Positions 32,922 to 40,574 of a DNA stretch of 64,000 nt are shown one piece after another. How positions within the stretch are numbered: the first letter of the stretch is position 1; each line of letters opens with the position of its first letter. The notes under the pieces were generated by a model that worked only from the letters and a program-made list of their open reading frames with translations, was not told the origin of the DNA and ran no database searches. Where the stretch lies: positions 19,257-83,256 of the forward strand of contig JAJCZO010000264.1 of the NCBI GenBank assembly GCA_029262355.1. Reading direction: 5' to 3'. The stretch comes from Deltaproteobacteria bacterium (GTDB lineage: Bacteria > Desulfobacterota > Binatia > UBA12015). A program made the translations under genes and the position numbers.

Positions 32922-34106
32922 ATGTCCGACCTGCTCGAGACGGCGCGCCCGCTTGGGATGAGCTACTGGCCCCTGCCCGAGGATGCGCCCGACGTCGACC
33001 TGGACCGGGAGGCGATTCGGCTCCTGACCCCCGATGGGGTGTTGGTGCGCGGAATGCTGTGGACTCCGGCCGGGAAACCGCCAAAGACCGCGATCATTCT
33101 AGCGCATCCCCGCGGTGACTTTTCGGTGCATTACGCATGTCCGTTGCTGGCCGCAGCCGGCTACGCGGTGCTCGGCTTTGCCACACGCTACTTGAACAAC
33201 GACGCCGACTGTTTGCACGAGAAATGTGTCGTCGACGTGGAGACGGCGGCCGCCGAGATGCGTCGTCGAGGCGCCGACAACGTCGTGCTGTTCGGTAATA
33301 GTGGTGGGGGCTCGCTGATGGCGCTCGCGCAGGCCGAGACGGGTTGCGGCGACGCCTGGGTCGGCGTAGCGGCCCATCCGGGCGAGGGCGTCTTCATGGA
33401 GCAGGTGATCGATCCGTCGGTGGCCGACGAGAGCGATCCGCACTCCGTCGTGCCGGAGCTCGACATGTACGATCCGCGCAACGGCTGGAAGCCGTGGCCG
33501 GAACCGTCGAGCTATGACCGAGGCTGGCTCGAGAACTACCGCGCGGCGCAACGAGAGCGCATCGGCCGGATCGACGAGATCGCGCGGGGGGCGATCTCGG
33601 CCGCCGACGACGCTCGCAAGCGTGGTCGGGATCTGCCGAAGGGGAGCGACGAGTGGCGCGATGCCAGGCGCCGCGGCCTGCATACGCCGTACCTCACCAT
33701 CTACCGGACACTCGCAAATCCAGTGTACCTGGATCCGACGATCGATCCCGATGACCGGCCACTCGGCTCTCTCTTCGCTTTTCCCGATCCCTTCGAGGCC
33801 AACTATTTCGGACGCTTTGGCCTCGCCCGGGTGATGACTCCCTACGGTTGGCTGTCGACCTGGTCGAGTCTATCGTCGGCGGCCAAGCTCGCGGACACGA
33901 TGCCGAAGGTGACGTGTCCGGTGTTGATGCTCCATCCGACGGCCGACACCGAGATTCGGATCTGGCAGGCGCGCGAAGCGCGCGATCGCGCGGCGAGCGA
34001 CGATGTGACGTACCACGAGCTCGAGGGCGCCCCACACTATCTCGAAGGGCACCGCAGGCCTGGGATGGAGATCGTCGTGAATTGGTTGAGGGCGCGTTTC
34101 CAGTGA
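32922..34106 (+). CDS. alpha/beta-fold hydrolase
   Basis: 'VVLFGNSGGGSLMA' (G-x-S-x-G nucleophile elbow) and 'AIILAHPRGD'. 394 aa. Confidence 0.8.
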   Translation: MSDLLETARPLGMSYWPLPEDAPDVDLDREAIRLLTPDGVLVRGMLWTPAGKPPKTAIILAHPRGDFSVHYACPLLAAAGYAVLGFATRYLNNDADCLHEKCVVDVETAAAEMRRRGADNVVLFGNSGGGSLMALAQAETGCGDAWVGVAAHPGEGVFMEQVIDPSVADESDPHSVVPELDMYDPRNGWKPWPEPSSYDRGWLENYRAAQRERIGRIDEIARGAISAADDARKRGRDLPKGSDEWRDARRRGLHTPYLTIYRTLANPVYLDPTIDPDDRPLGSLFAFPDPFEANYFGRFGLARVMTPYGWLSTWSSLSSAAKLADTMPKVTCPVLMLHPTADTEIRIWQAREARDRAASDDVTYHELEGAPHYLEGHRRPGMEIVVNWLRARFQ

Positions 34107-34708
34107 GCGACACCATCGATACGCCCCGCCTTGGCGAGCGGTTCGCCGAAGCCCTGGCCTACGCCGCGCGGCTGCACGCGACCCAAACGCGGAAGGCCAA
34201 GGACACCCCGTATATCGCGCACCTTCTCGGCGTGGCGAGCCTGGCGATCGATGGGGGTGCCGACGAGGACGAGGCGATCGCCGCCGTTCTCCATGATGCC
34301 GTCGAAGACCAAGGCGGCGAGCCGACGCGGGCAGAGATCGAGCGGCGCTTCGGCGCGCGGGCCGCGGCACTGGTGATCGCTCTCAGCGACAGTGTGGTCG
34401 ATACCCGGGACGGCTCGAAGAAGGAGCCTTGGCAGGAGCGGAAGGATCGATACGTCGAGCACTTGCGCTCGGCCGATCGCTCCGTCCGCCTCCTCGCCGC
34501 GTGCGACAAGCTGCACAACCTTCGCGAGCTCGTCGAGGATCATCGGCGGCTCGGCGACGAGGTGTGGGATCATTTCAGCGCCGGGCCCCACAAGCAGCTG
34601 TGGTTCTACCGCACGGTGGTTGGAATCTTGACCGATGGCGAGAAGGGTCCGGTGTTCGACCGCCTTCGGGTGGCGTTGGCGGATTTCGAGGCGCTGGTCG
34701 ACGAGTAA
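34103..34708 (+). CDS. HD-domain phosphohydrolase (RelA/SpoT-type HD)
   Basis: The GTG at 34103 overlaps the upstream TGA (GTGA). 'YIAHLLGVASL...AAVLHDAVEDQG'. Confidence 0.8.
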   Translation: MSDTIDTPRLGERFAEALAYAARLHATQTRKAKDTPYIAHLLGVASLAIDGGADEDEAIAAVLHDAVEDQGGEPTRAEIERRFGARAAALVIALSDSVVDTRDGSKKEPWQERKDRYVEHLRSADRSVRLLAACDKLHNLRELVEDHRRLGDEVWDHFSAGPHKQLWFYRTVVGILTDGEKGPVFDRLRVALADFEALVDE

Positions 34709-34712
34709 GAGC

Positions 34713-35369
34713 TCAGTGCGAGCGCAGCATCTTGTAGATCGGCGCAAACTTCTCGAGCGTCGAGTCGGGCAGCGGGACGAGGTCGCCGAGGAGGCGCGAT
34801 CCCCAGATGATCTGTGCGGTGCGTTCGACGAGGTGTGCGACCTTCATCGCATTCTCGATGTCCTTGCCGACGGTGAGAAGCCCGTGGTTTGCCATTAGCA
34901 CGGCGCCGCGGTTCTCGACCCACCGGGCAACCTCTTCGCCCAGCTCATCGCTTCCCGTCATCTTGTATTCCGCGACCGGCACGTCCCCGCCGACGAAGAC
35001 GTCGAACTCCTCGATGACACACGGGATCGGTTGCCGAGTAACGGCGAACATGGTGGCGAACATTGCGTGGGAATGAATCACTCCCCCGAGATCGTCGTGT
35101 GCGCGAAGGCAGGCGAGGTGAAGTTGCTTTTCGGTCGTGGGAGAACGCTCGCCCGCGAGCACGTTCCCCGCGAGATCGACGACCACCAGATCGTCTAGCT
35201 CCATGACTTCGTAGTCGAGCGACGAGGGGGTCATCACGACGTTCCCGTCGGGCAGCCTGCCGGACAGATTGCCGGCAGTTCCCTCGACCAGCCCGCTCTG
35301 GAGCATCTCCTTAGCGGTTCGCAGAACCGCCTCCTTCACCTCTTGCGCGCTTCGCTCGACTTTGGCCAC
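34713..35369 (-). CDS. class II aldolase/adducin-family protein
   Basis: 'GTAGNLSGRL...VMTPSS' and 'GVIHSHAMFATMFA' (His metal ligands). Confidence 0.85.
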   Translation of the reverse strand: MAKVERSAQEVKEAVLRTAKEMLQSGLVEGTAGNLSGRLPDGNVVMTPSSLDYEVMELDDLVVVDLAGNVLAGERSPTTEKQLHLACLRAHDDLGGVIHSHAMFATMFAVTRQPIPCVIEEFDVFVGGDVPVAEYKMTGSDELGEEVARWVENRGAVLMANHGLLTVGKDIENAMKVAHLVERTAQIIWGSRLLGDLVPLPDSTLEKFAPIYKMLRSH

Positions 35370-35391
35370 GCCTCCAACGCTAGCAGTCCCT

Positions 35392-37002
35392 CTACTTCGT
35401 GGGGAGGGTTACTTCGAAGCGGGAGCCTTCGCCGGGGGTGCTCTGGGCGCGGACGGCGCCGCCGAGGCGCTCAGCGGTGCGGCGGACGATGTGGAGTCCG
35501 AGACCGATGCCGCCGTAGCGGCGGGCGGGCGAGCCGTCCGCCTGGCGGAAGGCTTCGAAGATCGTTGGGAGGGCCTCGGGTTCGATGCCGACCCCGGTGT
35601 CCTCCACGATGAAGACGCTCTGGTCGCCGCGGGTCTTGGCGCTCAGGGTGACCGAGCCCTCTTTGGTGAACTTGAGCCCGTTGCAAAGGAGGTTCTTCAG
35701 GATCAGCTTGAGCTTGCTGCGGTCGGAGCGGATCTGGTCGAGGCCCGGTGCGAGTCGTCGCTCGATCGCGACGTTGGCGTCGCGGTGCGTGGCGCGCACT
35801 TCCGCTTCCGCCTCGTCGAACAGTTCCCGTAGCCCGATGTCTTCGAGACGGACCGGCACCTCACCATCGTCCAGTTGCCGTAGCTGAAGAGCCGCTTCGC
35901 TCAGCTCCAAGAGCGAGCGTGCGCCGAACAAGATGCGATGCAGGGCGTCGCGCTGCTGTTCGGGAACCTCTCCGAACTCTCCTTCGAGCAGCAGATCGGC
36001 GAAACCGAGGACCACGTGGATCGGCGTGCGAAGCTCGTGGGAGACCGTTGCGACGAATTCGCTCTTCAGGCGGCTGCCCTCGTCGAGTTGCCCGACCAGG
36101 CGTGCATTCTCGATCGCGAGCGACGCGAGTTGCCCGAGTCGTGACGCCAGGCGCTCTTCGACTTCGGTGAAGGGTTCGTCGCGGCGGCGGCACGCCGTCT
36201 GGAAACCGATTCGCTGGTCCCCATGGCGCAGTGAGATCTGCAACATGACGCGGATGCCGAGCCGGTTCGCGAGCGCGCGGAGTGGCGCTGATGGTTTCTC
36301 GCGGAAGTCGACTTGGTCGACGGTCACGTCGTCGCCCCGCGCCACGGCCCCGACGAACGCGGTCTGGGGCAGGCGCATGTTGCGGATCGCCTCGGTGTTC
36401 TCGGTGCTGTCGCCATACGAAGCCGCAGCCGTGTACGATTCGTCCTCCTCCTGCCAGAGGATCGTGTGGCTCGCATCGCAGTCGAGAAGCTCCACCGTCA
36501 ATCGGCTCAAGCGGTCTAGGGTCTCCGGTAGTTGGAGCGAAGTGATCAGTTCCTGTCCGGCGCGCGCGACCGCGTGATCGATCTGGGCCGCTGCATTCTC
36601 TTGCGCGCGTCGTGCTTCGGCCCGGCGCCGATCCGTGATGTCGGTCTGCGTGACGACTGCGCCACTGCCGCGTCGGTACGAGGACAGCGCGAACCACACC
36701 GTCTCCTTCGCGCGGCGTAGCGGATACTCGAGTTCGAAGCGCTCGCGCGTGCCCGCGATCAACTCGCCGATCCCGAGGTTGAGCGTGGAGCGCACCAGCG
36801 CCTCGGTCGCATCGCCCTTCCAGGCAGCGAGAACGGCATCGCCAGCTTCAGGGAGGCCGAACTCCACCCACGCGCGATTCGCCTCGACGATGACGGCACG
36901 CTCGTCGATCGAGGCGACTTGGATGGGGAGAGCGTCGAGCACCTCCCAACTGGATTCTCGGTCCATCGGACCAGTCGCCGGGAACAGGTTGGCCAGGGTC
37001 AC
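35392..37002 (-). CDS. cytoplasmic PAS-GAF sensor histidine kinase
   Basis: The start is set at GTG 37002 (SD GAGAGGAGGCATCGACGTG), overlapping the NUDIX stop (GTGA). HisKA is 'FVATVSHELRTPIHVVLGF' and HATPase is 'VEDTGVGIEPEALPTIFEAF...GGIGLGLHIV'. No response regulator is adjacent. Confidence 0.85.
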   Translation of the reverse strand: MTLANLFPATGPMDRESSWEVLDALPIQVASIDERAVIVEANRAWVEFGLPEAGDAVLAAWKGDATEALVRSTLNLGIGELIAGTRERFELEYPLRRAKETVWFALSSYRRGSGAVVTQTDITDRRRAEARRAQENAAAQIDHAVARAGQELITSLQLPETLDRLSRLTVELLDCDASHTILWQEEDESYTAAASYGDSTENTEAIRNMRLPQTAFVGAVARGDDVTVDQVDFREKPSAPLRALANRLGIRVMLQISLRHGDQRIGFQTACRRRDEPFTEVEERLASRLGQLASLAIENARLVGQLDEGSRLKSEFVATVSHELRTPIHVVLGFADLLLEGEFGEVPEQQRDALHRILFGARSLLELSEAALQLRQLDDGEVPVRLEDIGLRELFDEAEAEVRATHRDANVAIERRLAPGLDQIRSDRSKLKLILKNLLCNGLKFTKEGSVTLSAKTRGDQSVFIVEDTGVGIEPEALPTIFEAFRQADGSPARRYGGIGLGLHIVRRTAERLGGAVRAQSTPGEGSRFEVTLPTK

Positions 37003-37592
37003 GTCGATGCCTCCTCTCGCAGCCCGAGCCAGTGGAACGCGACCACGACGAGGGCGTGCGAGATCCTCCCGGTACGGATGAGTTCGGGAATTCGCGTCAA
37101 GGGTTCGAGGACGACTTCGGTTTCCTCGGTTCCGTCGAACATCGGAGTCGTGCGTCGCTCGGCGCCGCGAGCGAGAAACGTGTGGCAATGATTCGCCTGG
37201 ATGGCTGGGTTCGGATGAATCGAGCCCAGCGAGACGAGGTCGTCCGACCCGTAGCCGGTCTCCTCGAGCATCTCCCTCCCTGCCGCGGCCTTCGGTGATG
37301 GATCGGCCTCGTCGATCATTCCGCCCGGGATCTCCAGGGTGAAATCCTCGATGCCGTGCCGGTACTGACGAATGAGGACGACCTCGCCGGCAGCCGTGAT
37401 CGGGATCACGTTCACCCAATCGCAGGCCGCGAGGACGAAGAAGTCGTGCTCTTGGCCGGTTCGGGGCGAGCGGCTCTTCTGACGCAGTACGTCAAATACG
37501 CGCGTCCGGTACACCTTCGATATCCCCAGGCGCACCCAAGGCTCGAGCCCCGACATCTTCCCCCCCATCACCAAATTCCCGAGCCCGGCCAT
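36999..37592 (-). CDS. NUDIX hydrolase (ADP-ribose pyrophosphatase-like)
   Basis: The Nudix box is 'GGMIDEADPSPKAAAGREMLEETGY'. Confidence 0.85.
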   Translation of the reverse strand: MAGLGNLVMGGKMSGLEPWVRLGISKVYRTRVFDVLRQKSRSPRTGQEHDFFVLAACDWVNVIPITAAGEVVLIRQYRHGIEDFTLEIPGGMIDEADPSPKAAAGREMLEETGYGSDDLVSLGSIHPNPAIQANHCHTFLARGAERRTTPMFDGTEETEVVLEPLTRIPELIRTGRISHALVVVAFHWLGLREEAST

Positions 37593-37643
37593 CTTAGGCC
37601 GACCACGAAACGAAGCAAATCCGGGAGGTTCCGAGCGCGGATG

Positions 37644-37659
37644 GGTGTGACCTCACACC
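37644..37659. promoter_or_regulatory. perfect 16-bp palindrome GGTGTGA-CC-TCACACC in divergent promoter region (candidate operator)
   Basis: Read directly at 37644-37659. It lies in the 159-bp gap between the NUDIX/kinase operon (-) and the giant GT operon (+). Confidence 0.3.
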
Positions 37660-37751
37660 TGGGGCGAAAAGGGACGGCATGTCCGGCCTCTGTTAGGTGG
37701 AGAAGCGATGGACGTCGTCGGTGAGAAGCGCCCGGGGCCGAGGGTGTCTGC

Positions 37752-40574
37752 GTGAGGGTGGCGCTGGTGAGCGCCCTGTACCCGCCCGAGTTTCGCGGCG
37801 GGGCGACCGTCGTGTGCCGACGGCTCGCAGGCGAGCTCGCCCGGCTCGGCCACTCGTGCGCGGTCTTCAGTGGCCGTACGACGGCTGACGAGCCCCTGGG
37901 GGCGGTGGCGCGCGGTCGGGTGGATGAGGCACCGACGTATCGGATCAACGTCGGCGGTGCGCTCCACGCCTGGACCCGTGAGAGCTACTGGAACCCGGTT
38001 GCGACCCAGGGGTTCGAGCGGTTCCTGGACGAGAACCGTCCGGACGTCGTGCACCTCCACAGTCTCCAGGGGCTCGGCGCGGGTTTGATCGATGCTGCGC
38101 GCGGCGCTGGGCGACCGGTCGTGGTGACGATGCACGACTGGTGGTGGTTGTGCCCATGCCTCTTCCGTCTCTCGCCGGCCGGTGAGATTTGTCCGAAGCA
38201 CGTCCAGCCGCACCGGTGCTCCGGGATTTCGGACATCGACTTCGCCGCGCGTCGCGCGACCCTGAAGGCGGCGTTGACCGGAGTCGCACAAATCGTCGTG
38301 CCGTCGGAGTTCTTGCGCAGCAGTCTGGTCGAGAACGGTTTCGAGGGTCATCGAATCGTCGTTCACGCCAACGGGCTACCGCGGGCCTCCCGAAGCCCGC
38401 GCGCCGCCGGTTCCGGGACCGCGCGTACGCGCTTCGTCTACATTGGCGGTGCAGGGAACCGGGCCAAGGGCCTCGATGTGCTGCTCGCCGCGGCCGCGGC
38501 GACGGACGCAGACTTCGTGCTCGATGCGTATGCGGTCACCGCGCAGGAAGCCGCACCGTGGGCGCCGGACCTGGCCGGTCGACTGCGGTGCCATGAGGCA
38601 TTCGCGGCAGACCGGCTCGACGATGTCATGGACCCGGCCGACGTCGTCGTCGTGCCATCGCTGATGCGCGAGTCGTTTTCTCTCGTGGCGCGCGAAGCGC
38701 TGGCTCGGGGACGGCCGGTTCTCACCTCGGACTGCGGTGGTCCCGAAGAGGTCGTGTGCCATGAGAACAATGGGCTCGTCGTCCCGTCGGGCTCGGTGGA
38801 TGCACTGGCTGCGGCGCTCCGGCGGCTCGCAGGCGAGCGCGAGCTCGTCCGGGCCCTCGGTTCGGCGGCCGACTTCGAGCCGGTTGCACCGCGCGCGCAC
38901 GCGGAGGCGAGCGAAGCGCTCTATCGCGGAGTGCTGCGTGACCACGCGCGTCCGCGCCCGTCGCCGCTTCGCCGCCGCTTGGCTGCGCGTCGGATTCTGT
39001 TTCTCACGGGAATGGACGGAGCACCTCTGCGCTACCGCGCCTGGAATCTCGTCGAGCGCCTCCGTTGCGCGGGTATGACGGGAGAAGTGCTCTACCACTC
39101 CGACGTGCGCGCGGTGGCCGCGGCGTACGCGGCCGAGTTGATCGTGTTGTACCGCGCGCCCTACAGTGCGACGGTAGCGCGTGTCGTGCGCGAGGCGAGA
39201 GGTCGCGGTGTTCCCGTGGTCTTCTCGACTGACGATTTCGTGTTCCAGCCCGACGATCTCCGTGAGGCGCCCGCGCTCGAGCATTCGAATCCGCAGGTCG
39301 TCGAGGGATATCGGCAGAGCGTAGAGGGGCACGCGCGATGTCTTGCGGCCGCGGACGCGTTTCTCGGAAGCACTCCGGAGTTGATGAACGCGGCGGCCGA
39401 GCTCGGTCGTCCTGCCTATTGCCTGGGGAACGGCCTCTCCGCGTGTGTCCTCGCTCTGTCGAATCGGGCCTGGTGCGATGCGCGCTCGACGCGCCGCTCG
39501 GGCGGGCGAGTGCGGCTCGGCTTCGCATCGGGTACCGACACGCACGATGCAGATCTGGCAATGGTTGCACCGGCGCTCGGCCACCTCCTCGAGCGTCACC
39601 CGGAAGCGACGTTGGTTCTCGGCGGGCTCGTCGACACCCCCGCGTCGCTGGTGCGCTTTGGCGACCAGATCGAGCGGTGGCCCTTCGTGGCGTGGAACGA
39701 GCTGCCCGAGCGACTTGCAACTCTCGACGTGAATCTCGCGCCCCTCGATACACGGCGGCCGTTCAATCTCGGCAAGAGCGAGGTGAAGCTGATCGAGGCC
39801 GCGGCGGTCGGTGTGCCGACGGTCGCGAGTGACGCCCCGGCGTTCGTTCGGGCGAGCCGCGGCGGCGAGGTCGCAATGTTGTGCGGGTCTCAGGCCGAGT
39901 GGCGTGACGGACTCGAGCGGATCGTCTCAGAGCCCGCACTGCGCGACGCGCTGGGAAAGGCGGTACGCCGTGAAGTGAACGTGCGCTATGGGGTCGATGC
40001 CCAGGTCGACGAGCTCGTCACCGTCCTCGCAGAGATTTTGGATCGAGGGGCCGGCGAGTCACGACCGCTCCCCGCCGAACTCCCGCTGGAGGCGGGTACG
40101 GGATCGAACGTCGCGATCGAGCCGGGGGACGCGGTCTTCGATCGCTACCAGCTCGACGCGGAATCGGGTGGGCCGCTCGGGCCGGGCCGTGAGGTCGAGC
40201 AGCGCTTTACGTGCGGCCGCGACGGCCTCTCGCGCGTCGACGTCCGGGTCGGTACGTACGCGCGACGGAATGAACATGACGTGTATTTCTCGCTTTACGA
40301 TGACCGCGGCGCGCTTCTCGCCGAGGCCACCGTCGCGGCGGCGCGCTTGGTCGATCGCTGCTTCGTTGGATTGGAGCTCGATGAGCCGTACCGCGACTCC
40401 GCCGGCCGGTCCGTTGCGATTCGTGCGTCGGCGCCAGACGCGAGCGAAGGCAATGAGATCCTGTTGTGGCATGCTTCGTCTGAAATGGGTGGGCTCATGA
40501 TCGGTGGCGAGGAGCAGGAGGGGCGTGCGCTGTCCTTCCGAACATTCGCGCAGCCTGAAGGATTCGTCGCATGA
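37752..40574 (+). CDS. 940-aa multidomain glycosyltransferase (GT4 module + second GT-B-like module + C-terminal unassigned module)
   Basis: 'MRVALVSALYPPEFRGGATV' and 'ESFSLVAREALARGRPVLTSDCGGPEEVV' (E-x7-E). The second module contains 'RRILFLTGMDGAPLRYRAWN' and 'KSEVKLIEAAAVGVPTVASD'. The C-terminal ~125 aa begins 'QRFTCGRDGLSRVDVRV'. Confidence 0.85.
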   Translation: MRVALVSALYPPEFRGGATVVCRRLAGELARLGHSCAVFSGRTTADEPLGAVARGRVDEAPTYRINVGGALHAWTRESYWNPVATQGFERFLDENRPDVVHLHSLQGLGAGLIDAARGAGRPVVVTMHDWWWLCPCLFRLSPAGEICPKHVQPHRCSGISDIDFAARRATLKAALTGVAQIVVPSEFLRSSLVENGFEGHRIVVHANGLPRASRSPRAAGSGTARTRFVYIGGAGNRAKGLDVLLAAAAATDADFVLDAYAVTAQEAAPWAPDLAGRLRCHEAFAADRLDDVMDPADVVVVPSLMRESFSLVAREALARGRPVLTSDCGGPEEVVCHENNGLVVPSGSVDALAAALRRLAGERELVRALGSAADFEPVAPRAHAEASEALYRGVLRDHARPRPSPLRRRLAARRILFLTGMDGAPLRYRAWNLVERLRCAGMTGEVLYHSDVRAVAAAYAAELIVLYRAPYSATVARVVREARGRGVPVVFSTDDFVFQPDDLREAPALEHSNPQVVEGYRQSVEGHARCLAAADAFLGSTPELMNAAAELGRPAYCLGNGLSACVLALSNRAWCDARSTRRSGGRVRLGFASGTDTHDADLAMVAPALGHLLERHPEATLVLGGLVDTPASLVRFGDQIERWPFVAWNELPERLATLDVNLAPLDTRRPFNLGKSEVKLIEAAAVGVPTVASDAPAFVRASRGGEVAMLCGSQAEWRDGLERIVSEPALRDALGKAVRREVNVRYGVDAQVDELVTVLAEILDRGAGESRPLPAELPLEAGTGSNVAIEPGDAVFDRYQLDAESGGPLGPGREVEQRFTCGRDGLSRVDVRVGTYARRNEHDVYFSLYDDRGALLAEATVAAARLVDRCFVGLELDEPYRDSAGRSVAIRASAPDASEGNEILLWHASSEMGGLMIGGEEQEGRALSFRTFAQPEGFVA

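Noticed and set aside
37644-37659. Interpreting GGTGTGACCTCACACC as a bona fide CRP/FNR binding site.
   Set aside because: The half-sites match, but the spacer is 2 bp instead of 6 bp. I kept it only as a generic palindromic operator candidate.
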